Assembly: GCA_965247115.1 (NCBI GenBank)
Contig: CBDFGR010000003.1
Span: forward strand, 1,856,001-1,920,000
From: Myxococcota bacterium
GTDB lineage: Bacteria; Myxococcota_A; UBA9160; SZUA-336
Direction: 5' to 3'
Length of the DNA: 64,000 nucleotides
This document shows, in pieces, positions 47,248 through 57,501 of the stretch. The notes under the pieces are model-generated. The model did not search any database and was not told the origin of the DNA. It saw only the letters and a list, made by a program, of their open reading frames with translations. Position 1 is the stretch's first letter; every line of letters begins with the position of its first letter. The translations under genes were made by a program, and so were the position numbers.

Positions 47248-47278
47248 GCGCCCGGCAGTCTAGCACCGCACCCGTGCG

Positions 47279-50047
47279 TCAGGATTCCTGGGCCGCCACC
47301 TGCTCGGCGAGATCGCGCACCTGCACGGTGGTGTCGGAGACGAGACCTGCCAGCTGCGCGCCGAGGTTTCGGAGCAACACTGAGGCGATGGCGGGCCTGC
47401 GCCGAGCCAGCTCCGCCATGTTCTTCGGCGTCAGCCGCAGAAGGCGAGCGTCCTCCAGCACGTCGACGTTGATGGAGCGACGTCGGCCGAAGACGCCCAC
47501 GATCCCCGTCACTTCGCCGCGTGCGGAGGTCGAGAGGTCGCGAGAGCCTTGGTCCGTGTCGATGTAGTTCCGCAGCATTCCGTCGATCACCACGTACATC
47601 TCTCCGCCTGGATCCCCGGTTCGAAAAACCGGCTCGCCCGCGGGGATGTTGCGCACGCTCGCCGTCAGCGCCAGAATCCGGCACTGCCTCTTCGTGAGTC
47701 CTTCGAAGAGCGGGATCGATTGCTCCGGCGACTGGCCCAGGTCCAGGGTGAGCGTGTCCCACAAGGTGACCACGCGGAGGTTCGCGCAGAGCGCGGGCGT
47801 GACCGTGAAGTCCACCACCCACGCGAAGCCCAGCGTGAAGGCGGCCATCACGCCCAGGTGCATCTGGTTTACGAGCTCGCTCGACGTCAGGACCAGGAAT
47901 CCGAGACACAGGGTGAGCGTGGTGTAGGTCATCGGACGCCCGACCGTGCGAAGGGCTCGCACCGTGGCCAGACGCTCGTTGGCCAGACGCTTTGCGTCCT
48001 CCTGGAAGCGGGTGAAGTAGTGGAGTGTGTCGTCGATCGCGATGCCGAGCGCCATCGGCGCGATCAGGCTCGTGGTGGTGCTGAGAGGAATCCCGAACAG
48101 GCCCATCCCGCCAAAGAAGGCCGCGACCGGTAGCACGTTCGGAAGCAGGGCCCGCAGGCCCGTGTTCCAGTTCGTGAAGAGGGCCCACAGGATCAGAAAG
48201 ATCAGGCCGAGGGCCGCGAGCACGCTCTGCACCTGGCCGCGGATGATCTGGTCGACCATGCGCTGAATCACGATCGGGTTGCCGGTCACCGTTCCCTTTA
48301 GATGAGGTGGCAGCTCGGCGAGGCGCTCGTAGATGCGCCCCTCGAGCGCCTGGATGTCCGAGGAGCGCTGCAGCGTGGTCCGCACCACGACGTTCACCAT
48401 CTGGTAACGCCCGTCGATGAAGCTGTCCAGATCGTCGTTGCCGCCGAAGAACAAGAGCGAGGCCACATGCTTGCGCGAGTCCGGGATCACCTCGTAGGCC
48501 GGGTCGTCGGCGTGGAAGGCGCGGTTCATGATCGCGATGAAGTCGACGATGGAGGTAGCGTCACCGATCTCCGGCTGAGTCCGGAGCCAGCTCTGCAGCG
48601 CCTCGAGCTCGCGCAGGTTCTCGGGCTCCTTGAACGCGTCGCGGTAGCTGGCCTCGACGATGACGTTGAAACCGTTCGCCCCGCCAAGGCTTGTGTTGAC
48701 CGCCTCGAAGTCGATGCGAACCGGACTGCTCGGCGAGAAGCTGCGGATGCCGTCTGTAGTGACCTCCACCTGTGTTGCAGCGGCGCCGAAGAGCACGAGC
48801 ACCGCTGCCGTCGAGGCGAACACCAGGCGGCGCCGGTTCAGGACGAAGCCGCCGATCCGTTCCGCGAAGCGGCTGAACAGGTCGCGGCCCTCGGGGTCCG
48901 CGCTCGCAGCGAGTCGGCGCGGCTTCGGCAGCTTGGTAAGTAGCGCCGGGAGTACCGAGAGTGAGGCCACCACGGCGAAGCCGATCCCGATCATCAGCAG
49001 CTGACCGACCTCGCGGATGGCTCCGAGGGGATGCAGCGTCATCGCGAAGAAACCCACACCGGTGGTAATGCCGGTGAGGGCAACGGGGAGCCAGACCTTG
49101 CGCAGACCCGCGTACATGAGCTCCTGAGGGCTCCCCTCGGGCTCCTCCCGCAGCTCGTCGTAGAACTCCGAGACTATGTGGACGGCATACGAGAGGCCGA
49201 GGATCAGGAGCACCAGCGGGAAGAGGACGGTAACCGGATTGAGCGGGCGCCCGATCCATGCCGCTGTGCCGGCCGTCCAGAGCAGCGAGAGCACGACGGA
49301 GAGCAGTGGGAGCACGACTCCGCGGACGGTGCGAAAGGAGGCCCCCAGGACCACGGCAAAGATGAGCAGGATCAGCGGGATGTTGCGCCTGAGCTCGCCG
49401 ATCTGCGCGCGGTACTGTGCGACCTTGACGTGCGGCTGCCCCGTGATCCAGACCTCACCGGAGCCGCGCTCTTCGGCCGCGATCTTCACGATCTCGTCGT
49501 CGAGCGTCTGCTGGTCCGCGTCCCCCGTGTAGTCGCGCAGGTAGACGAGCAAGACGCCAGTCTTGGCGTCCTTGGAGAGGAACTTTCCAGAAAAGATCGA
49601 GCTCGCGAGTGCGGTCTCGCGCACCCGCGCGAGCTCTTCGGGATCCGTCGGGATCTCCTTGAAGAGCGGCTCGATCGACAGGCCCCCCTGGTCGCCCGAG
49701 ATGTTCCTGGCGTTCACCAGCGAGGTGACGTGGTGTACGCCGTCCACCTCTCCGATGCGCTGGGTCATCCTCTGGATGTTGCCGAGATGTTCCGGCGTGA
49801 AGAGATCGTCGGCGTGATACGCGATCAGAATGGTCTCGTCGCTGCCGAAGACGAGTCGCACGTGGTCGTAGAACCTCTTCCCCTCGTCATCCTCCGGCAG
49901 CAGGCGGTTCAGGGACTGGTCGAAGTCGAGCTGCCAGCTCCCGGTCCGCAGGTCCACGATGCGCGACGCGGCGACGAGGCTGACGACCAGCGCGAGGCCC
50001 AGCACCCACCAGGCGTGCTCTGTGATGAAGCGGAGGACCCTGTCCAC
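47279..50047 (-). CDS. MMPL/RND-family transporter with C-terminal cNMP-binding domain
   Basis: Two RND halves (LTGITTGVGF; GIAIDDTLHY); C-terminal GEPVFRTGDPGGEMYVVIDG...RRS. Confidence 0.88.
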   Translation of the reverse strand: MDRVLRFITEHAWWVLGLALVVSLVAASRIVDLRTGSWQLDFDQSLNRLLPEDDEGKRFYDHVRLVFGSDETILIAYHADDLFTPEHLGNIQRMTQRIGEVDGVHHVTSLVNARNISGDQGGLSIEPLFKEIPTDPEELARVRETALASSIFSGKFLSKDAKTGVLLVYLRDYTGDADQQTLDDEIVKIAAEERGSGEVWITGQPHVKVAQYRAQIGELRRNIPLILLIFAVVLGASFRTVRGVVLPLLSVVLSLLWTAGTAAWIGRPLNPVTVLFPLVLLILGLSYAVHIVSEFYDELREEPEGSPQELMYAGLRKVWLPVALTGITTGVGFFAMTLHPLGAIREVGQLLMIGIGFAVVASLSVLPALLTKLPKPRRLAASADPEGRDLFSRFAERIGGFVLNRRRLVFASTAAVLVLFGAAATQVEVTTDGIRSFSPSSPVRIDFEAVNTSLGGANGFNVIVEASYRDAFKEPENLRELEALQSWLRTQPEIGDATSIVDFIAIMNRAFHADDPAYEVIPDSRKHVASLLFFGGNDDLDSFIDGRYQMVNVVVRTTLQRSSDIQALEGRIYERLAELPPHLKGTVTGNPIVIQRMVDQIIRGQVQSVLAALGLIFLILWALFTNWNTGLRALLPNVLPVAAFFGGMGLFGIPLSTTTSLIAPMALGIAIDDTLHYFTRFQEDAKRLANERLATVRALRTVGRPMTYTTLTLCLGFLVLTSSELVNQMHLGVMAAFTLGFAWVVDFTVTPALCANLRVVTLWDTLTLDLGQSPEQSIPLFEGLTKRQCRILALTASVRNIPAGEPVFRTGDPGGEMYVVIDGMLRNYIDTDQGSRDLSTSARGEVTGIVGVFGRRRSINVDVLEDARLLRLTPKNMAELARRRPAIASVLLRNLGAQLAGLVSDTTVQVRDLAEQVAAQES

Positions 50048-50059
50048 GCGCGAAGGCCT

Positions 50060-50908
50060 CTAGCGAGCCCGTTCCAGTACTTCGCCGAGCTCCGTGATGC
50101 GCCCCAGGATCGACTCGCGGTTGCGAGCGAGCCCCAGGGGGATCAGCCTCTCGACCCCGAGGTCCGCGTAGCGTCGCACGGTATCGGCGTCGATGCGGCC
50201 CGGAGGTGTGACGCTGAGCTCGATGGGACCGAGCCCTGCAGGCCGGTCGCAGCTCCGCTCCGCTTCACGCAGCGCGGCGATGCTCCGCTCGGTCGCTTCG
50301 ACATCGAGCGCGAACCCGTACCAGCCGTTGCCCTGCAGTACCGTACGGCGGATCGCGGGCGGGCTCGTGGCCCCCATCACGATCGGGGGGTGGGGCTTCT
50401 GAACCGGGCGCGGCTGCGCCTGAATGCCCGCGAACTGTACGAGCTCCCCCTTGTACTCGGGCTTTGGCTGCGTCCAGAGCGCCCGGATCGCCTCGATGTA
50501 CTCGGTCGTCCGCTGACCGCGATCGTGAAACGGGATGCCCAGCGCTTGGAACTCGGGTCTGAGGTAGCCGACACCGACTCCAAAGATGAGCCTCCCTCCC
50601 GAGAGGACGTCCACGCTCGCGAGCTCCTTCGCGAGCACGAGCGGGTTGCGCTGGGGCAGGATGATGATGCCCGTGCCGAGCCGGAGCGTGCTTGTCTGCG
50701 CGGCCACGAAGGCGAGGGCCACGGCCGGATCGAGGAAGGGGTTGTCCGGAGGGACCGGCGAGGGAGGGGCCTGCGGGTCGGGAAGGACGACGTGCTCGCC
50801 GGTCCAGACCGACTCGAAGCCGGCCTGCTCGGCCGCGATGGCCACCTCCAGAGCCGTCTCGGGCTCCGCGCACACCCCTACGTTGATGCCGTACAGTCCT
50901 AGCTTCAT
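50060..50908 (-). CDS. LLM-class (putative F420-dependent) oxidoreductase
   Basis: GFESVWTGEH, LRLGTG, QRNP, SGGRLIFGVGVG, PRPVQKPHPP; ATG at 50908. Confidence 0.9.
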   Translation of the reverse strand: MKLGLYGINVGVCAEPETALEVAIAAEQAGFESVWTGEHVVLPDPQAPPSPVPPDNPFLDPAVALAFVAAQTSTLRLGTGIIILPQRNPLVLAKELASVDVLSGGRLIFGVGVGYLRPEFQALGIPFHDRGQRTTEYIEAIRALWTQPKPEYKGELVQFAGIQAQPRPVQKPHPPIVMGATSPPAIRRTVLQGNGWYGFALDVEATERSIAALREAERSCDRPAGLGPIELSVTPPGRIDADTVRRYADLGVERLIPLGLARNRESILGRITELGEVLERAR

Positions 50909-51732
50909 TCTGCTGCTCCCATGCCAGGTCGGATCTTTGTCGCGATCAGGTCGACCGCGTTCAGAAAGCCGCGCAGGTCGGCGTAGCCCGTGGCCACGAT
51001 CAGCCGCGTGGCGCCTACCTCCTCCAGTGCCGCCACGAGGTCCTTCGCCCGTTCTGGATCTTCGAGCGATAGCGGGCAGAGCACGACGATCTCCGGCGCC
51101 TCGCGCCCGGCCCGGGCGAACTGCTCGCGGAGCTCTCGGATCGGCTCCCGGAGCGTCTCTGGATTTCTCGCCATCGGCATCCAGCCGTCCCCGTAGCGAA
51201 CCGCTCGGCGGAGCGCGTGCGGCGGCGCGCCGCCGATGTAGATCGGCGGCTTGGCCGGCCGTGGCCGGAAGAGAAACGCCTGGCCGTTCTCCTCGACCAG
51301 ATCGGACGCGAATGCGCGCTCGAACAGGTCGAGGGTCTCGTCCGTGATTCGCCCGCGCCGTCGGGAGTCGACACCGAGCGCGCGGAACTCGGGCTTCATC
51401 CAGCCCACGCCGATCCCGAGCCGCAGCCGCTCCCCGGACATCTCCTGGAGCGTGGCGATCACCTTGGCCGTCGGCAGTGCGGGACGGTAGGGGAGGATCA
51501 GGACGCTCGTCCCGAGCCCGATGCGCTCGGTGCATCCCGCCAGATACGTCAGCACGGCGAGCGGATCGAGGTAGCGACCGTCCGAACCCTCGGCGTCGTC
51601 GGGAGGGATGGCGATGTGATCGACGACGAAGAGGTCGTCGAAACCCGCAGCTTCCGCGGCCCGCGCACAACCGAGGATGGTGTCTCGCGTGGATTGCGGA
51701 CCCATGATCCGGATCGAAACGCCCAGCTTCAT
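50905..51732 (-). CDS. LLM-class (putative F420-dependent) oxidoreductase
   Basis: GFDDLFVVDH, LGTSVLILPYR, LGIGVGW, GDGWMP. Confidence 0.9.
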   Translation of the reverse strand: MKLGVSIRIMGPQSTRDTILGCARAAEAAGFDDLFVVDHIAIPPDDAEGSDGRYLDPLAVLTYLAGCTERIGLGTSVLILPYRPALPTAKVIATLQEMSGERLRLGIGVGWMKPEFRALGVDSRRRGRITDETLDLFERAFASDLVEENGQAFLFRPRPAKPPIYIGGAPPHALRRAVRYGDGWMPMARNPETLREPIRELREQFARAGREAPEIVVLCPLSLEDPERAKDLVAALEEVGATRLIVATGYADLRGFLNAVDLIATKIRPGMGAAE

Positions 51733-51738
51733 CCCGAG

Positions 51739-51746
51739 ACTATACT
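51739..51746. promoter_or_regulatory. Overlapping bidirectional -10 boxes (TATAGT minus, TATACT plus)
   Basis: Each box is exactly 6 nt from its start codon (51732 minus, 51753 plus). Confidence 0.7.
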
Positions 51747-51752
51747 ACGGAC

Positions 51753-54700
51753 GTGAGCTCGGCCTTGTGGCGCTTCTTCGGGGTGCGGGAGCGGGAACGG
51801 GGCCGGGTGCTGTTCTTCGTGACTCTCTCCTCTCTGGTGAGCCTGGCGCTTACGCTTGGCCTCGTTGCCACCGAGGCCCTCTTCCTGGCGAGGAGCGGTA
51901 TCGAGGCACTGCCGGCGATGTTCGTCATCGCCTCAGCCTTCACCGTCCTGGGTAGTCTTCTGTACGGCCTCGGTGTCGGGACGTATCGGAACGATTCGTT
52001 CTTCTGCTGGATGCTGATCGGCGCGGCCGGTTTGCTGTGCGCCGGGGGTGGTATCAGCGACGTGGACCCAGGCCTGGCCGCGAGCGTGCTCTTCTGCTTC
52101 TACTTCGTGACCCAGGCGATCTTCCTGAATCACTACTGGACGTTCGCTGGCGACTACTTCGACACTCTGACCACAAAGCGGCTCTTCCCGCTGTTCGCTG
52201 CCGGCAACAGCGTGGGTGGCGTGCTGGGTGGCTGCATCGCACTAGGTGTGAGCCTGGTCGCATCCGCCGAGGCACTCATCTATGTATGGGCGTTCTTCCT
52301 GGCGCTGAGTGCGGGCCTGCTGCGGCTCGAGCGGCGTCGGCTGCGCCGCTGGGGTCCTCTGGAGCTAGAGGAGGCGGACGAAACCTCCGTCTCGGGGCTC
52401 CGGGATGCACTGCGCTACATCCGCCGCTCGCCGCTCGCACAGTGGCTCGTCGTCTCCATCCTCGGGATGACTCTCTGCTTGTTCGTGGCGCAATACCTCT
52501 ACCTGGGCGCGATCGCGCGCGAGTTTCCCGAGGCCGCGCAGCTCGCTGCCTTTCTCGGCCTCTACCTGGCGGCGAGCAATCTGGTCGAGATCGTGCTCGA
52601 GGTCTGGCCTGTGCCCCGTCTGATTCAGCGGCTCGGTGTGGCCCGGGCGAACCTGGTGCATCCCTGGCTGACGCTGAGCTCGTTCGCCGCGCTGGCCCTC
52701 GACCCGCGCCTGCTCACCGCCTTGCTTGCACGCGCGAACCGGGAGCTCCTGAGCTCCGCGCTGGCCGAGCCGGTGCGCAACCTCGTCTACAATGCCCTGC
52801 CGTTTCGGTTTCGCGGCAGGATCCGCGCCTTCCTGGAGGGAATCGCGGCACACGCGGGAATGACCCTGGCTGGAGGGCTGCTGCTTCTCATCCCAACGGG
52901 GATTGCTCCACTCTGGCTCTCCGTCCTGGGCGCCGCCACAGCACTGCTCTATGTCCTGTCGAACCTCGCCGTGCGCCGGGAGTACGTCCGGGCACTGGCC
53001 GAGAGCCTGCGCGCCGGTCGCCTCGACTTCTCCGACGTGGGAGAGCTCGGGCGCTGGGAGGCCTCGGGTCTTGCAGAGCTCTGGCCGAGCATGCTGGCGG
53101 AGCACGGCGCCCGGCCGACACGGCTCGACCTCGAGGTGGCGCCGCTTCTCGCCCGCCGGGGCATCTTCGAGCCCCTGATTGGGGCGGCAGAGCACGGGGC
53201 GGTCGAGGTGCGGCGGGCTGCCGTGGCGGCGCTCAGCCTTGCTCCTCCTCCCGTCGCCGGGCCCGCGCTGCGCCGTGCGCTGGAAGACCAGGACGCCGGT
53301 GTCCGACTCGCCGCGGTCGCTGCGCACGGCGCGGACGGCGCTGCGGCGGTTTCGCTGCTCGAGGCGCGGCTAGGCGACCCTGCCCCTGCAGTCCGCGCCG
53401 AGGCGGCGCTCAAGCTGGGACAGCCGGGGCGGGCGGTGCTGGAGCAGATGGCCGGCTCGCGGGATGCCGCCTGTTGTCTGCCCGCGCTCGAGCGCCTTCC
53501 GGCTGATCTTCTCTTTGCTGCGCTCGCGCGCATCGACGACCAGGAGCCGGGCACGCGCGCTGCGGCGCTCGATTCTGTCGCGCGTCTCGCGCGGCCCGTG
53601 CCCGTGGATCCAACGCGGTTTGGGGGAGGAGCTCTCCCACGGCGATCTGCGCGTGCGGAAGGCCGCCGTACGTGGGCTGGCCACTCTCGACAGCCAGCCG
53701 GCCCGGAGACTGCTGGTGAGCGCCTTCGACGATCGGGACCGCTCCGTCGTCGACCTGGCCCAGCAGGCCCTCGGCGCGATGGGCGACTCCGCCATCGAGG
53801 CGGTGCGCCCCAGGCTCGGCGGGGAGCCCGGCCGCAGCAGCGAAGCCGCAGTGCGGACTCTGGGTAAGGTGGATACGGTGCGCTCCCGAGCACTGCTCCG
53901 CGGCGAGCTCACCGAACGGGTTCGGGACGGCTGGAGGGCACGCGTCATGCTCCACGGGCTGGAGAGCTTCGGCGCGACCGGCGTCGACTCCCTGTGCGCG
54001 GCCTGGCAGAACTCCGCACAGGGGAGCCTGCGCCTCGCCTTCGCCATCCTGGAGGAGACCGAGGATCCCGCCATCATGCGCGCGGTCGACCGGGTGCTGC
54101 GCTTCGCGTCGCCGCGGGCGAGAGGCGATGCGCTGGAGGTGGTCGCGAACCTCGGCGACCAGGAGACCGCTCGGCTGCTCGTGCTATCGCTGGAGGATCT
54201 TCCGATGAGCGAGCGACTCGCGCTGGCCCCGGGCGGCGGCGAGCCGCCCCGGAGCCTGGCCGCCGCGCTCAACCTCTCGCGGGCCTCGACGGACCCGTGG
54301 ATTCGCCGGGCCGCCCTGGCGTACGATGCTGCCCGGCGGGGCGACGGCGCCGAGGAGGAGGCCATGAACCGGCTGTTGCTGCTGCGCAGGGTGCCGCTCT
54401 TCTCGCAGCTCTCGCTAGCCCAGGTCGAGGAGATCGACCGGATCCTGGTTGAGGAGCGCTACCTCCCGAACGAGGTGATCTACCGCGAAGGTGACCCGGG
54501 AGACCGCCTGTACGTGCTGGCGGAGGGCGGAATCGAGGTGTGGAAGAATTACGGCTCGCCCAACCAGGTCAGGCTCGCGGCGCAGGATGACGTGAGCTGC
54601 TTCGGCGAGATCGGGGTGCTTGACGAGTCGCCGCGCAGCGCGACCATCGTTGCGGCCGAGGACACGCGGCTGCTCTCGCTCGACGGCACGCAGCTCAAGG

Positions 54701-54825
54701 AGCTGATCATGCACCGTCCGGAGATCGCGTTCGACTTCTTCAGCGTGCTCGCGACCCGTGTGCGTCACGCCGACCAGCGCTTCGAGGACGCCGTGCTGGC
54801 GGACGGGACGCAGGTGCGGGCGTGA
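51753..54825 (+). CDS. NTT/MFS-like transporter + HEAT repeats + cNMP-binding domain; frameshifted near 53619-53626
   Basis: TM domain (KRLFPLF, RGRIRAFLEG); HEAT motifs continue in a second frame; cNMP domain (LLLRRVPLFS, FGEIGVLDESPRSAT). Removing one base restores a 1023-aa ORF. Confidence 0.8.
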
Positions 54826-55052
54826 GCCGCGAGCTGCGCAGAAGGCTCCGTCTCGCACTGCTTGCCCTGATCGTGCTCCTCTACGTGTTCTCCGTGCCGT
54901 GGTACCGCGAGGCCGGCTCGACCCCCGAGCTATGGCTGGGACTGCCGGATTGGGTGACGGTGGCGCTGGTCTGCTACGTGTGCGTAGCGATCCTGAACTC
55001 GGCGGCCTGGCTACTGACAGAGCTGCGCGACCCGGACGAGGACGCGTCGTGA
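54822..55052 (+). CDS. Small 2-TM partner of a sodium:solute symporter (DUF3311-like)
   Basis: SVPWY, WLGLPDW; directly upstream of the SSS gene. Confidence 0.75.
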   Translation: MSRELRRRLRLALLALIVLLYVFSVPWYREAGSTPELWLGLPDWVTVALVCYVCVAILNSAAWLLTELRDPDEDAS

Positions 55053-55094
55053 GCGACGAGGACGCGTCGTGACCGACGGGAACGCGTCGTGAGC
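55035..55094 (+). repeat. Three tandem 20-bp units, each containing a GTGA start/stop overlap
   Basis: GACGAGGACGCGTCGTGAGC, GACGAGGACGCGTCGTGACC, GACGGGAACGCGTCGTGAGC. Confidence 0.9.
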
Positions 55095-56561
55095 TTCCCG
55101 GCTCTCGGAGTGACGGCTCTCACGCTCTACCTGGTCGTGCTGTTCGTTGTGGCCGAGATCTCGCGGCGCGCGCGGCGGGACATGAGCCCCTCCGACCACT
55201 TTCTGGCGGCCAGGGATCTCGGCGTGTTCGTGCTCTTCCTCACGCTCTACGCGACCGCGTACAGCGGCAATTCGCTGCTCGGCTACCCCGGTGAAGCCTA
55301 CCGGCGCGGCTTTAGCTGGATCATGGCGGTCGGCTTCATGACCTCCATCATCGTTGCCTTCCACCTGCTCGTCCCGAAGCTCCGACCCGTCGCGGTGCAG
55401 CACGGCTTCGTGTCGCCTGGCGATTGGGTGCGACACCGCTTTGGCGACGATCCCGGCGCGCGAAAGCTCGTGTTGGGAGTTGCACTGCTCATGTCGTTGG
55501 CGCTCGCAAACTTCCTGTTCGCCCAGCTCAAGGCGATGGGGGAGCTCGGCGCGGAGGTCACAGGCGGGATCGTGCCCTATGAGGCTGGCGTGATCGGATT
55601 CGCCGCAGTCGTGCTCTTCTACGAGACGCGTGGCGGGATGCGTGCTGTTGCCTGGACGGATACCGCTCAGGGCTTGCTCATGTTGTTTGGTCTGATGGCG
55701 CTGCTCTCCTGGCTGCTCGCGGGAGCGGGGGGCCTGGGAGAGATCACCAGACAGATCGCCACGCTCCGACCGGAGGCCGTCGTCGTTCCCGATGCTGACG
55801 AGGTGCGGAACTGGATCAGCAGCATCGTGCTACTCGGTCTGGCGAGCGTCGTCTACCCACAGGCGATCCAGCGCATCTATGCGGCGAGGAGCGGCAGGAC
55901 GCTCAAGCGAGCGTTCTCGCTGATGACCTTCATGCCCCTCACCACGACGCTCGTGGTGACGCTGATCGGTGTCGCGGCCATCCCGCGCTACATCGATCTC
56001 GGAGGGGCAGAGGCGGACCGCGTGATGCCGCTGCTGCTCGGAGAGTGGGCCGCCTCCGGACCCCTGGCAGCGCTGGCCGCGGTGACCGTCTTTGTCGGCG
56101 CGCTGGCCGCAATCATGTCGACGGCCGACTCGGTGCTGCTCTCGCTGGGCTCCGTGGTGGCCGAGGACCTACTCGGCCGCGAGCGAACCGATCCCGCGAC
56201 GACTCGACTCGGAAAGCGCATTGCCGCCGTCGTCCTCATCGCGATGATCGTGCTGGCCATGGACCGTTCGATCTCGTTGTGGCGGCTGATCGAGCTGAAG
56301 ATGGAGCTCCTGGTCCAGTGCGTACCCGCGTTCATGCTCGCGATTCACTGGGGCGGGCTGCGCGCGCGGCCCACGCTCTGGGGTCTTGTCGCGGGCACGG
56401 TAATCGCCGTCGCCGCGGTCCTGCTTGGCGCCCCTCGGATCTACGGCTTTCACACCGGGGTGTTGAGTCTGGCCGTGAACGTGGTGGTGGCGGTCGTGGG
56501 CTCGTGCTTTGTCTCGCGGGCTTCGGTGAGACTGGAGCTGCGGGCCGACTCCCCCGCGTAG
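55089..56561 (+). CDS. Sodium:solute symporter family
   Basis: FLAARDLG, ATAYSG, GGMRAVAWTD, QRIYAA, AAIMSTADS. Confidence 0.92.
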   Translation: MSFPALGVTALTLYLVVLFVVAEISRRARRDMSPSDHFLAARDLGVFVLFLTLYATAYSGNSLLGYPGEAYRRGFSWIMAVGFMTSIIVAFHLLVPKLRPVAVQHGFVSPGDWVRHRFGDDPGARKLVLGVALLMSLALANFLFAQLKAMGELGAEVTGGIVPYEAGVIGFAAVVLFYETRGGMRAVAWTDTAQGLLMLFGLMALLSWLLAGAGGLGEITRQIATLRPEAVVVPDADEVRNWISSIVLLGLASVVYPQAIQRIYAARSGRTLKRAFSLMTFMPLTTTLVVTLIGVAAIPRYIDLGGAEADRVMPLLLGEWAASGPLAALAAVTVFVGALAAIMSTADSVLLSLGSVVAEDLLGRERTDPATTRLGKRIAAVVLIAMIVLAMDRSISLWRLIELKMELLVQCVPAFMLAIHWGGLRARPTLWGLVAGTVIAVAAVLLGAPRIYGFHTGVLSLAVNVVVAVVGSCFVSRASVRLELRADSPA

Positions 56562-56563
56562 CC

Positions 56564-57484
56564 TCAGTCGTCGCGAGCGAACTCCAGGTTCCTGAGCAGC
56601 TCGTACTGCTCCCGTGCCGACGCTCGCTTCAGGCGGCGGCGGTGTGGATAGAAGGCCTGCTCTGGCTCGAGCTCGGGAAGGCGCGCGTCCACGAGATCGC
56701 GGCGAACGTAGAAGGCGTTCACGCCGGCGGAGTCACAGCCTACCAGGGCGTACCCCCGTCGCCGTCCCAGCCGCGTCAGCGCCCCGAGCGCTGCGCCGTG
56801 ATACCAGCCGCTGGGATGAACGCTGCGCGCGTCAAAGTCGGGACGGTAGACGCAGATCAGAGGCTCGCTGGCTCCGAACGAGGCGTTGTACTCGATCGCG
56901 ACGACCCGCGGCTCCACCACCTGGATGGCCTTCCAGACCCAGTAGTCGTTCCCGTCGATGTCGATGGAGAGCAGATCGATCTCGCCCTTCATCCCGTACT
57001 TGTCGAGCAGCTCGTTGATGTTCTCCGCGGTGACGCGTTCCGCCTCGATACGAAGCCGTGTGTCCGGAATCTCTCGCTCCTCGCGGTAGAGACGCCGGGC
57101 CCGTTCGATGTCCCGCGTGGAGCAGTCCATCAGGAGACCACCCCAGCCGAAGTTCAGGATGAGGTTCGCACTATTGCACTCGCTGCCATCGCCAGTACCG
57201 AACTCGACACTGCGCCGGTTCGTGGTGCCGACGAGCGAGAAGATGTAGAGCAGGAGCCCATCCTCTCCGTTCTGGGAGGTGACCTTGAACTCGCGGCTGC
57301 GCAGCTCCTCGCGGGGGTCTGATGGGCGCAACTTCTGGTAGCTCGAGAGCAGGGCGTTCTCGGCGTTCCGTTCGAGCGCGTCGACCCGCTTCAGTAGCCT
57401 GCGATAGTCGGGGGGGCGCAGCGAGCGGCGCAACGCGCGAGAGAGCGGCCGAAACCGGTTTCGGACTGATTTCCAGATGGTCAT
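56564..57484 (-). CDS. FkbM-like methyltransferase-fold protein
   Basis: SQNGEDG, EFGTGDG, DLLSIDIDGNDYWVW, IEYN, NAFYV. Confidence 0.75.
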   Translation of the reverse strand: MTIWKSVRNRFRPLSRALRRSLRPPDYRRLLKRVDALERNAENALLSSYQKLRPSDPREELRSREFKVTSQNGEDGLLLYIFSLVGTTNRRSVEFGTGDGSECNSANLILNFGWGGLLMDCSTRDIERARRLYREEREIPDTRLRIEAERVTAENINELLDKYGMKGEIDLLSIDIDGNDYWVWKAIQVVEPRVVAIEYNASFGASEPLICVYRPDFDARSVHPSGWYHGAALGALTRLGRRRGYALVGCDSAGVNAFYVRRDLVDARLPELEPEQAFYPHRRRLKRASAREQYELLRNLEFARDD

Positions 57485-57501
57485 CCGTGGAGAGGATAAG
57501 C

